Of a stretch of 34,581 nucleotides of DNA, positions 17,502 through 25,562 are shown in pieces; position 1 is the stretch's first letter, and each line of letters opens with the position of its first letter. Source of the stretch: Bacilli bacterium (GTDB taxonomy: Bacteria; Bacillota_I; Bacilli_A; RFN20; CAG-826); assembly GCA_035270925.1 (NCBI GenBank), contig DATESG010000007.1:1-34581 (forward strand). Direction: 5' to 3'. A model generated the notes under the pieces. It was not told the origin of the DNA. It searched no databases and saw nothing but the letters and a program-made list of their open reading frames with translations. The position numbers and the translations under genes are program-made.

Positions 17502-17806
17502 AATTGTTTTACCTCGTTAAAAACGACATCGACAATCTTGACCTTGTCCTTGATAAATGCATCCGAAAAAGCCTTTTTATTGGCTGCAAGTTTTGCCTTA
17601 AGTTCTTGATGCATTTTTTCAACTTCTAGTTCCGTTGCTTTTCTAATCGCTTCAACCTCTAGTTTTAACTCTTTATCAAGAGCCTCGCGTTTTGCTCTAA
17701 TCTTATCGCTAGCTTTGCTAATCTTGTGTTCACGAATTTGTTGAAGTTCAACTTTACGATTGTCAAATTCTTGTTCTAATTTAATAATTTTTTCAAATGC
17801 CGACAT
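17498..17806 (-). CDS. ntpF: Small coiled-coil V-ATPase peripheral-stalk subunit (G/H-like, NtpF position)
   Basis: 102-aa all-helical K/E-rich protein. It is the first gene of the operon and has a 4-nt ATGA overlap with ntpI. Confidence 0.65.
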   Translation of the reverse strand: MSAFEKIIKLEQEFDNRKVELQQIREHKISKASDKIRAKREALDKELKLEVEAIRKATELEVEKMHQELKAKLAANKKAFSDAFIKDKVKIVDVVFNEVKQL

Positions 17807-17976
17807 CTTGTCACCACCTTTACTAATGCTCTAATTATAAGCGTCATATAGTTAGTATTGTACTAAAAATGGCGGCTAAAATATACACAAACACCTTTTT
17901 ATATTCTTATTTAGTGTATTTTATTAGATATTGATAAATATCTATTGTTATAAGTGGATAAATGCTTAGTTGCTTA

Positions 17977-17985
17977 TGGTAAAAT
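17977..17985 (+). promoter_or_regulatory. Extended -10 (TGgTAAAAT) candidate promoter for nadE
   Basis: TG at 17977-17978 and TAAAAT at 17980-17985, 22 nt upstream of the ATG. The -35 is weak. Confidence 0.35.
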
Positions 17986-18007
17986 AACATAGAAAGATGG
18001 ATTAATT

Positions 18008-19639
18008 ATGAAGATTAGTATCGCGCAAATTAAAGTAATTGCCGGCCAACCAAGCCAAAACTTTGAAACTATCAAACTTTTTGTTGGTGAAGCAATCAAA
18101 AATAAAGTTGATCTTATCGTTTTTCCCGAAATGTGTGTCGGCGGATATTTTATTGGTGACCGTTATCTTGATGAAGATTACGTAGATTTTCTTGCAACAT
18201 TTAATGACAAGATTTTGGCACTCTCACAAAACATTGGCATTATTTGGGGTAACATCTACCTAGGCAATATTGATGGAATAAACAAGGGACGAGATGGGCG
18301 ACCAGCACGCTATAATGCCGCTTTTTTTGCATACAACAAGGAATACGTAAACCGTGAAGACGGCGAATATCCTGGCTTATATATCAAACATTTAAACCCT
18401 GATTATCGTGTGTTTGATGATTCCCGTTATTTCCTCAGTGGGCTTGAATTAATGCGCAGTAATGATGAACTGCTCTCAAGCATGTTAAAGCCCTTTATCT
18501 TTACGAGAAATTCCCACAAATATAAAATTAGTCTCGAAGTGTGTGAAGACCTTTGGGACGATGATTATACTTTTAAAGTGACCAGTACAATCTCTTCACA
18601 AAATCCTGACTTACTAGTAAATATTTCATCATCACCATGGACTCTAAACAAAGAAAAGGCCCGCGAACGACACCTTAGCAACAAGGCAAAAGTGATGACC
18701 GTCTATGTCAACGCTATTAGCATGCAAGATGTCGGCAAAAATGTATTGATGCTTGATGGAGGCTCATTAGTTTATGACGCAAACGGCAATAAAATTGCAC
18801 AAGCAAACGATAGATTTGTCGAAGAACACTTAATCGTTGATCTCGACAATCCCTTCTTAAAATCCTTTGCTCATCAACACACAAAACTGTTAGACGCACT
18901 AATTTTTGCAATTAAAGAATTTGATAAAACAATGTTCAAAGCCAAAGTTAAATGGATTATTGGTCTTTCAGGCGGGATCGATAGCGCCCTTAACGCAGCC
19001 TTATTAACGATGGCGTTAGGACCTAATAGAATCTTGGCATATAACCTCCCAAGTCGTTATAACTCCCGTAAAACAATTGATAATGCACAGCAAATCGCTA
19101 CTAAATTAGGAATTAATCTTGAAGTACATTCAATTGAAAATTTAATAAAAGCGAGTAAAGAACTTTTCACCAGTCCAGTAAGTGAAGCCGTTGAGGAAAA
19201 CATTCATGCACGCTTACGTGGTCACGTCTTATCAACCCTCGCCCAAACTCATGGTGGCGTAATTTGTAATAATGGCAATAAGCTCGAAGTGGCCCTTGGT
19301 TACTGCACACTATATGGCGACACGATCGGTGCCCTGTCTCCTTTAGGTGATTTGACAAAAATGCAAGTCAACGAGTTATCACTAGAAATTAATCATCTAT
19401 ATAACGACGATATTATTCCTAAGAATTTAATTGCTAATGTGATTGGCGGGATTCCTCATTATGACTTTGCCCCTAGTGCGGAATTAAAACACAATCAGGT
19501 TGATCCAATGAAATGGGGCTATCATGATTGGTTATTAAATAAAATTATGACTTTTCCAACGAGGAAGTTAAGTATGTTTATTGAAGATTTTTTAGAGCAT
19601 CGGCTCGATCAAGAGACAAACAATCTCCTCAAACATTAA
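18008..19639 (+). CDS. nadE: Glutamine-dependent NAD+ synthetase (CN-hydrolase domain plus NAD synthase domain), terminated by an in-frame TAA before its conserved tail
   Basis: Nitrilase-type VFPEMCVGGY and LEVCEDLW motifs. PP-loop GLSGGIDS. PSAEL motif. See the separate entry for 19640-19819. Confidence 0.88.
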   Translation: MKISIAQIKVIAGQPSQNFETIKLFVGEAIKNKVDLIVFPEMCVGGYFIGDRYLDEDYVDFLATFNDKILALSQNIGIIWGNIYLGNIDGINKGRDGRPARYNAAFFAYNKEYVNREDGEYPGLYIKHLNPDYRVFDDSRYFLSGLELMRSNDELLSSMLKPFIFTRNSHKYKISLEVCEDLWDDDYTFKVTSTISSQNPDLLVNISSSPWTLNKEKARERHLSNKAKVMTVYVNAISMQDVGKNVLMLDGGSLVYDANGNKIAQANDRFVEEHLIVDLDNPFLKSFAHQHTKLLDALIFAIKEFDKTMFKAKVKWIIGLSGGIDSALNAALLTMALGPNRILAYNLPSRYNSRKTIDNAQQIATKLGINLEVHSIENLIKASKELFTSPVSEAVEENIHARLRGHVLSTLAQTHGGVICNNGNKLEVALGYCTLYGDTIGALSPLGDLTKMQVNELSLEINHLYNDDIIPKNLIANVIGGIPHYDFAPSAELKHNQVDPMKWGYHDWLLNKIMTFPTRKLSMFIEDFLEHRLDQETNNLLKH

Positions 19640-19819
19640 AAACTTGATAATGAAGTTGCCTTTTTTGCGGATTTAAAATGGTTTCTTAACAATTTAGATA
19701 ATGCGGTTTTTAAACGTATTCAAATGCCACCGATTGTTACAATTAGTCGCGGGGCCTTTGGCCTTGATTATCGCGAGACACAAGCAAAGATCGAACAGTA
19801 TCTTAAGCATCTTAATTAA
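19640..19819 (+). other. In-frame continuation of the nadE reading frame beyond the TAA at 19637-19639 (59 codons plus stop), encoding the family-typical C-terminus
   Basis: My translation: KLDNEVAFFADLKWFLNNLDNAVFKRIQMPPIVTISRGAFGLDYRETQAKIEQYLKHLN*. It contains the KR-Q-PP...FG..-R pattern found at NadE C-termini. Confidence 0.7.
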
Positions 19820-21099
19820 ATATCTTGATGATTAAAATAATAACTATTAAGTAAGTAATGCTCGTGATATTTTATTGCGAGCTTTTTTAATATTAATTTA
19901 AGTTTATTTAAGGTCGTCTTTTGTTCTTTGTAGGCCTTTAACGCAGTCCTAAACACTTCTTTTTCCCATTCAGTCGCGGTCTTCTTAAAGTAACCCCCTA
20001 CATGTTCGAGCGCATTAACCTCACGCATCATATTTTCATCTAGTGTAAGTGCATCATCAATGACCTTATAAAATTCTCGTGCCGAGAAATTAGTTTTATC
20101 TTTGAGGATTTCTCTTATTTGTTTATAGGCATTTTCTGATTTCCCAAGAACAAGATATTTGTAGCGGCTCCACTCTTTTTCGGCCGCTTTATGATCATTA
20201 TTAATATACGTTATTATTTTTACTGCTGAACGGTTTTTATCCTTAACTTCTAGCATAATGTCAAAGGATAAATCCGCAAGTGGCTTGAAAAATTCATTGA
20301 ACTTTTCGGCGTTAATTGTATATGTGTGAGCGCCAATTCTCTTGCCAATATCTTGTTGGCTATAATGAATTTTAGGCCGACCATCTGTTTTTTTCCAAGT
20401 TGAAAAAGCCTGCAAAATCAGTGTTCTTTCATCAAGACGGCCAGGGCAGGGATTACATTCATTATGCAAGTTATCAAATACCATCGGTAGTCTCGTCATC
20501 TTAGCAATGTGATTCACTTCTTCGGCATTATAAAGCCGGTCATCGTTTTCTAAAATTAAATGCCTTCTTATTCTCTCACTCAGTCTTGTGTTAACAACTT
20601 CAATAAAGCGCGCAATCGATAACTCTTTATCGCCAAATACGCCACCTATATGAATAATCATTTTACTAGTTTGATCACCACCAAGACTTTCGATAATATC
20701 GACGTGATATTCTAACTCTAAAATACTACGCTCAACCACTTCTTCACTTAATGAATTAAGGACGGTGTATTGTCCGGGATGAAGCGAAATCCTGATATTG
20801 TTGTCCAAAATCTTTCGTGCGATATGTGCTAACTCTGCTTGAAATGTTGTTTGCCAGTCAAGGCTCATCACCTCCTTGTTGGAGGCAAAGGGAATAAGCG
20901 ATGATGTAACACGAAACATTTTGATGTTGTTTTCAATGTTATAGTCGATCATTCCTTCTAAAACGCTTAGATTGTGAGCGATTAGTTCTCTAGCAACTTC
21001 ATCGTTAAAACGATTGATTCGAGCGGTTTTATAAACACCCATTTCAACATCAAGATTCTGACAGGCGTAACCTATATTGTGATTAAATTTAACTTTCAT
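19816..21099 (-). CDS. uvsE: UV damage endonuclease UvdE/UvsE with a C-terminal DUF1722 (YbgA-like) domain
   Basis: UvdE motifs: IGYACQN, FRVTSSLIPFAS, LHPGQYTVLNS, IHIGG, LILENDD, MLEVKDK. The C-terminal ~120 aa carry NALEHVGGYFKK and KYHEHYLLNSYYF, resembling E. coli YbgA (NVLMHVQGYFR..., ...YPDAWLSGQRYF). Confidence 0.88.
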   Translation of the reverse strand: MKVKFNHNIGYACQNLDVEMGVYKTARINRFNDEVARELIAHNLSVLEGMIDYNIENNIKMFRVTSSLIPFASNKEVMSLDWQTTFQAELAHIARKILDNNIRISLHPGQYTVLNSLSEEVVERSILELEYHVDIIESLGGDQTSKMIIHIGGVFGDKELSIARFIEVVNTRLSERIRRHLILENDDRLYNAEEVNHIAKMTRLPMVFDNLHNECNPCPGRLDERTLILQAFSTWKKTDGRPKIHYSQQDIGKRIGAHTYTINAEKFNEFFKPLADLSFDIMLEVKDKNRSAVKIITYINNDHKAAEKEWSRYKYLVLGKSENAYKQIREILKDKTNFSAREFYKVIDDALTLDENMMREVNALEHVGGYFKKTATEWEKEVFRTALKAYKEQKTTLNKLKLILKKLAIKYHEHYLLNSYYFNHQDI

Positions 21100-21181
21100 A
21101 ATTTTCCATTAAAGCAATTTTACTTTATTTAAGAACTTTGTTCCAATTTGATGCTTAAACGTAAATATTAATGACGGTAGA

Positions 21182-21190
21182 TGTTATAAT
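21182..21190 (+). promoter_or_regulatory. Extended -10 (TGtTATAAT) candidate promoter for the gpx-like/ABC operon
   Basis: TG at 21182-21183 and TATAAT at 21185-21190, 24 nt upstream of the ATG. An AGGAGAA RBS follows. Confidence 0.45.
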
Positions 21191-21214
21191 AGTATTAATA
21201 TACAGGAGAAAACT

Positions 21215-21700
21215 ATGGGATTGTATGAAATAACTGTTGATGACTATAAATTTGACGCTGTGAAGCTTGAAGAGTTTAAGGGTAAAATTCTCTTAATTGT
21301 CAACTCCTCAACAAAATGTATTTTCGCGCCACAATATGGCAAATTAGAAACGCTATACGCAAAGTATCATAAGGATGGTTTCGAGATTTTGGACTTTCCT
21401 TGCGATCAATTTTCAATCAAGGACTTAGGCACTGAAGAGGATATTAATAACCACTGTTTAGCCACTTATAACACTTCATTTTTTAGAGGTGCCAAAATTA
21501 AGGTTAATGGTGATGATGAGTCGATTTTATTTTCTTATCTAAAATATAGAAAACCCGGATTGTTTGATTCCAGAATTAAATTCAACTTTACGAAATTCCT
21601 TGTCGACCAAAAGGGTAATGTCGTCAAACGATATGGACCAATGGTCCAACCTTCACGCATCACCAAAGATATCGAGAAGCTGATAGGGAAGGTTCAATAA
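21215..21700 (+). CDS. Glutathione peroxidase-family thioredoxin-fold protein, divergent active site
   Basis: LLIVNSSTKC...PQY, FPCDQF, and NFTKFLVDQKGNVVKRYGP motifs. The canonical Gln position is Lys (SIKD versus LNQA in the paralog) and the canonical Trp is Phe (KFNFTKF). Confidence 0.85.
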   Translation: MGLYEITVDDYKFDAVKLEEFKGKILLIVNSSTKCIFAPQYGKLETLYAKYHKDGFEILDFPCDQFSIKDLGTEEDINNHCLATYNTSFFRGAKIKVNGDDESILFSYLKYRKPGLFDSRIKFNFTKFLVDQKGNVVKRYGPMVQPSRITKDIEKLIGKVQ

Positions 21701-21701
21701 T

Positions 21702-22790
21702 ATGTATTTAGCATGGAAAGAATTAACCCATAATAAAGGTAAATTCGCACTTATTATCGTTCTCGTTACTTTAATTAGTTATCTTGTCTACTTTCTAACC
21801 TCACTGGCTTATGGCCTTGCTAGTAGTTATACAAACGGAGTCACTAAATGGCAAGCAGATAACATTGTGCTTAATTATCAAGCTAACGACAATATTATGA
21901 TGTCTTATTTAAGTGATGATGAATATGACCGCGTGGAAGCAAGCGGCGAAAAAGCAAAATTAGGATTTTTCCCAGCAATTATCGGTTTAAAGGATGCCAC
22001 TAGCGAGGTTGATACTCGCCAAGCCGTTTATGTGTTTGGGATTGAAGACGGTAGTTTTCTTGCCCCAAGTGAATATTCACTGATTACCCTTCCTAATGGA
22101 ATGATTATGGATCAATCAATTAAGGATGAAGGTTATAACCTCGGTGACACCATTGAAATCACCAGAACCAATGGTGATAAAATTGAGTGGGTTATTCAAG
22201 GCTTTACCGAGAAGGCCACTTACCAAACCGCCCCAATTATTTATACGAGTATGGATAATTATCGACTTTATGCTTTTGGAACAATTGCAGCTCCGGTTTT
22301 TAGTGCAATCGTCGTCCGAGGTAGCGTCAATACTTTAGGAAACGGCGCGACTGGCGAAACGCTTGTCAATTATGATATTCAAACTTTTATCTCAACCCTG
22401 CCTGGTTATACTGCGCAAGTATTGACCTTCTCATTAATGATTGGTTTTTTAATTATGATTGTTGCCTTTGTTCTTGGAATCTTCATCTACGTCCTGACGA
22501 TTCAAAAAATCAATATGTTTGGCGTTATGAAGGCCCAAGGGATTTCTAATCGGTTTATTGCCAGTTCAGTAATTTGGCAAACGTTAATTCTCGTACTATT
22601 AGGAATGGTCGTTGGCCTTGCTCTTACAATCGTTTCCGGAATTTTTCTAGCTGGCATCGTCCCATTCGCGACTAACGTCTTGTTTTATATCGTGATCAGT
22701 GCTGGCTTTATTATCTTCTCGGTTATCGGTGGGCTCTTCTCTGTTCGAGCAGTCACCAAGATTGATCCACTTAAGGCGATTGGAGCTTAA
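21702..22790 (+). CDS. ABC transporter permease, FtsX/MacB type (1 TM, extracytoplasmic domain, 3 TM)
   Basis: N-terminal LAWKELTHNKGKF motif, a large hydrophilic loop, three C-terminal TM helices, and a C-terminal DPLKAIG-type ending. Confidence 0.85.
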   Translation: MYLAWKELTHNKGKFALIIVLVTLISYLVYFLTSLAYGLASSYTNGVTKWQADNIVLNYQANDNIMMSYLSDDEYDRVEASGEKAKLGFFPAIIGLKDATSEVDTRQAVYVFGIEDGSFLAPSEYSLITLPNGMIMDQSIKDEGYNLGDTIEITRTNGDKIEWVIQGFTEKATYQTAPIIYTSMDNYRLYAFGTIAAPVFSAIVVRGSVNTLGNGATGETLVNYDIQTFISTLPGYTAQVLTFSLMIGFLIMIVAFVLGIFIYVLTIQKINMFGVMKAQGISNRFIASSVIWQTLILVLLGMVVGLALTIVSGIFLAGIVPFATNVLFYIVISAGFIIFSVIGGLFSVRAVTKIDPLKAIGA

Positions 22791-22792
22791 TT

Positions 22793-23470
22793 ATGAAAAC
22801 ACTAATTGAAATGATCAATGTCACTAAAGATTTCTTAAATGGTGAAGATGTTATTCACGCGTTAAAGAAGACAAACTTTTCCGCTGCCGAAGGTGAACTA
22901 GTCGCAATTATCGGTCCTAGTGGATCGGGTAAATCAACATTTCTAACTATCCTTGGCGGTCTTCAACGTCCAACAACTGGTCAAGTATTAATTGAAGGAA
23001 AACCATTTAGTCAACTCAGTGACAAACAAAAGACAAATATTCGCTTCACTAAAATTGGCTTCATCCTCCAACAATCTAACCTTATTCCTTTTTTAAACGT
23101 CAAGGAACAACTACTGCTTCATGACCGCATCAGTGGAAATCGGGTAAATAAAGATTGGCTCGAAGAACTGCTTACCGGTGTTGATGTTAAACGTTTTTCC
23201 AAGAAATACCCCAATGAGTTATCCGGTGGTGAACGTCAACGTGTTGCAATCGCTAAAGCGCTATATCATAATCCTTCTGTCATCTTCGCTGATGAACCAA
23301 CCGCAAGCCTTGATACGAAACGGGCCTTTGATGTCATTAAACTATTGAAACAACAAACTAAGATACAAAAAAAGGCGACAATCATGGTCACCCACGATGA
23401 ACGCCTCATTGAATTTTGTGACAAAGTTTACGTAATCGTTGACGGCGTGATGACCCAAAGAGAAATGTAA
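22793..23470 (+). CDS. ABC transporter ATP-binding protein (MacB/LolD-like)
   Basis: Walker A GPSGSGKST, signature LSGGERQRVAIAKAL, Walker B IFADEPTASLD, H-loop VTHD. Confidence 0.93.
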   Translation: MKTLIEMINVTKDFLNGEDVIHALKKTNFSAAEGELVAIIGPSGSGKSTFLTILGGLQRPTTGQVLIEGKPFSQLSDKQKTNIRFTKIGFILQQSNLIPFLNVKEQLLLHDRISGNRVNKDWLEELLTGVDVKRFSKKYPNELSGGERQRVAIAKALYHNPSVIFADEPTASLDTKRAFDVIKLLKQQTKIQKKATIMVTHDERLIEFCDKVYVIVDGVMTQREM

Positions 23471-23480
23471 CAACTAGCAA

Positions 23481-23518
23481 AAAGCAGACTTGGATTAATC
23501 TCCACGTCTGCTTTTTTT
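23481..23518. terminator. Bidirectional rho-independent terminator
   Basis: AAAGCAGAC (23481-23489) pairs with GTCTGCTTT (23506-23514), with inner TGGA/TCCA pairs. A T-run follows at 23512-23518 and an A-run precedes the stem. Confidence 0.75.
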
Positions 23519-24415
23519 CTACTTTGCTTCTTCGGAGACATCCTTAAATATTTTTCGTTTAGGAAAAGGAATCAACATTCCCGCTTCCTTAATGTACACT
23601 TTATATTCAGGCCGCGTTTTTAAAATTTTCTTTTCCATTAAAGGGACGCTAATGAAGATAAACATTAGGGTCATAATTACTGGGGCGACGAGGACCAGAT
23701 CAAGCCCAAATTGTTGAACATAAAATAAATACACTCCCCACCAAACCATAATTTCGCCTAGATAGTTAGGATGACGTGAATATTTCCATAAACCATCCCG
23801 CATGATTTGACCTTTGTTGGAAAAATCATTTTTAAATCTTTGCATTTGTGTATCAGCCGTTAATTGAATAAAAGCCGCGAGTAAGATTGTGAACGCGCCA
23901 ATGATTGAATATACTCCGAAGTTAAGGTTAGTAGCTTCGACTAAGATTGTTGCGCCGACAAGTTGAGCATAGACGATAATTGTTGGAAAGAACATTACAG
24001 CGAGAAAGCTAATGAGCCAATACCATTTAGGGGCCATTTTTTGAAAGTTCTTATAACGCCAGTCGACATGCTTAAAGTCACTCCAAAGCTTAGCCCAGTT
24101 ATAGGTTAGGCGAATCGCCCATACACTAAGTGTGACTAATAGTAAGACTAAGGATAAACTCCAATTATTCTTTTCTAACATTAATAAAAGCAAAATTAGT
24201 GGAGGTATTACGCTCCAATATGGATCGTAGAGACTAGCGTTTTTTAGCAGCAGTGAAATAATCCAAATTAGAATCGTTGCCACTAAATCAGCGATTAGGA
24301 CACGATACACGAGTCCCATCGTGGATGGTAAAAACATATAGACAATCACTCCCGCTACAGCAACGAAGGCATAGACTGCTAAGATTGTTAGCAAAGATGA
24401 TGTTTTTTTACTCAT
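23519..24415 (-). CDS. DUF1295 / steroid-5-alpha-reductase-like polytopic membrane protein
   Basis: GLWKYSRHPNYLGEIMVWWG motif. I set the start at 24415 (MSKKTSS), which has a GAGGAAAATT RBS. The longer ORF to 24475 runs through a hairpin. Confidence 0.8.
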   Translation of the reverse strand: MSKKTSSLLTILAVYAFVAVAGVIVYMFLPSTMGLVYRVLIADLVATILIWIISLLLKNASLYDPYWSVIPPLILLLLMLEKNNWSLSLVLLLVTLSVWAIRLTYNWAKLWSDFKHVDWRYKNFQKMAPKWYWLISFLAVMFFPTIIVYAQLVGATILVEATNLNFGVYSIIGAFTILLAAFIQLTADTQMQRFKNDFSNKGQIMRDGLWKYSRHPNYLGEIMVWWGVYLFYVQQFGLDLVLVAPVIMTLMFIFISVPLMEKKILKTRPEYKVYIKEAGMLIPFPKRKIFKDVSEEAK

Positions 24416-24457
24416 AATTTTCCTCGCTTTGTAAAAACAAACGTGAGTACATGATAA

Positions 24458-24529
24458 CAAAAAAGACCCAATCATGTCTATTCCTACTTCTTCTGAGTAA
24501 ATGAATAGGCTTATATAATGACGGGTCTT
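24458..24529 (-). terminator. Long hairpin plus U-run downstream of the carboxylesterase gene
   Basis: On the - strand: AAGACCC.TCAT ... ATGA..GGGTCTT (24529-24518 pairs with 24475-24463), with an inner CTATTC/GAATAG stem, followed by TTTTTTG. Confidence 0.45.
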
Positions 24530-24537
24530 AGTTATTA

Positions 24538-25131
24538 CTATTTAGAGATTATCTTGCTTGTACGTTCTAACTCTTCTTGGAGGAGTTCGTGCCCATGCTG
24601 ATGAACTAGCGTTTTAACGTCCATCTCACTGGCTTTAAGGTCGGCGACTAAGCGTTGAAAAAGTGAAGGTGAAATATATTGATCACTGATCCCACTTGTC
24701 ACAAATACTTTGATGTTGCCTTGTTTTACGAATGCAGCTTCTGGTCTGACCATCGACGGATGTAAGAGAATCAGATTCTTAAAATTAAGCTTATACATTC
24801 TTAACATACTTTGGATGATATTAGCGCCATTAGAGTATCCCACTAAAGATATTTCTTTATTCTGAAGTTTGTATTCACTAATTAGCTCCATCATTGTTGT
24901 ATAGACTTTTTCGGTTTGCGATATCAAGTTATCTAAATCAAATGTTCCATCTTCATGACGAATAAAATAGCGATTCATCCGCCATTGTTTGACGTCGCCT
25001 TCAATTGCAATAAGTGTGGCTTTAGGATCGAGCTTAACGCCAAGAAAGATCATTTCTTTAGCGTCTCCGCCTGTGCCATGAAATAGGATAAGGACGCGGT
25101 TATTGCTGCCGTCTTTTTTAATATGATACAT
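24538..25131 (-). CDS. Phospholipase/carboxylesterase-family alpha/beta hydrolase (MhqD-like)
   Basis: LILFHGTGGD, nucleophile elbow GYSNGAN, and a C-terminal HGH. Size is about 200 aa. Confidence 0.8.
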   Translation of the reverse strand: MYHIKKDGSNNRVLILFHGTGGDAKEMIFLGVKLDPKATLIAIEGDVKQWRMNRYFIRHEDGTFDLDNLISQTEKVYTTMMELISEYKLQNKEISLVGYSNGANIIQSMLRMYKLNFKNLILLHPSMVRPEAAFVKQGNIKVFVTSGISDQYISPSLFQRLVADLKASEMDVKTLVHQHGHELLQEELERTSKIISK

Positions 25132-25562
25132 TATAAACTCTCCTCTAAAGAGCGACCTAACTTTTTAAGTAGTTCAACTAATGTCGCCTCTTCATCTTTT
25201 GTTAGTTGATCAAATTGTGCCCGCATGTGTTGATAGTGTTTTTCATAAGTTTTGATGAAAATTGCACGTCCTAAATCAGTGAGCGTTAATATTTTAACAC
25301 GTTGATCTTTAGGATTATTAACTTCTTTGATATATTCTTTGTTCACAAGTCTACTTACTACATAAGTCATTGAAGAGTTGGGAATTAGAACATAATTGAT
25401 CAATTCACTAACTGTCATATCACCTTTGTTGTAAAGACTTTCTAGTACGGCAAACTCATTAACCGGCAGGCCGGAACCGACCAAAGATTTCTTGATGTGC
25501 TTATTAAGATTCTTTTGCGTCTTAAAAAGCACGATTAACATTTTTAAATTATTTTCAGTCAT
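25131..25562 (-). CDS. MarR-family transcriptional regulator (MhqR-like by context)
   Basis: 143-aa winged-HTH pattern: LESLYNKGDMTVSELINYVLIPNSSMTYVVSRLVNKEYI...DQRVKILTLTDLG. Confidence 0.88.
   Translation of the reverse strand: MTENNLKMLIVLFKTQKNLNKHIKKSLVGSGLPVNEFAVLESLYNKGDMTVSELINYVLIPNSSMTYVVSRLVNKEYIKEVNNPKDQRVKILTLTDLGRAIFIKTYEKHYQHMRAQFDQLTKDEEATLVELLKKLGRSLEESL

Noticed and set aside
21183-21200. PerR/Fur-like box over the -10 of the gpx-like operon (TTATAATAGTATTAATA)
   Set aside because: Only a 5-1-5 palindrome (TAATA-G-TATTA) is perfect. The second half-site has 3 of 7 mismatches to the TTATAATnATTATAA Per box. In AT-rich promoter DNA this is within chance expectation.
24416-24475. 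20-codon N-terminal extension of the DUF1295 ORF (MIGSFLLSCTHVCFYKARKI)
   Set aside because: The internal ATG at 24415 has a proper GAGGAA RBS and starts a typical MSKK... membrane-protein N-terminus. The extension coincides with one arm and the U-run of the upstream hairpin. The same logic was used to trim 6466-6471, 8519-8530 and 29149-29187.
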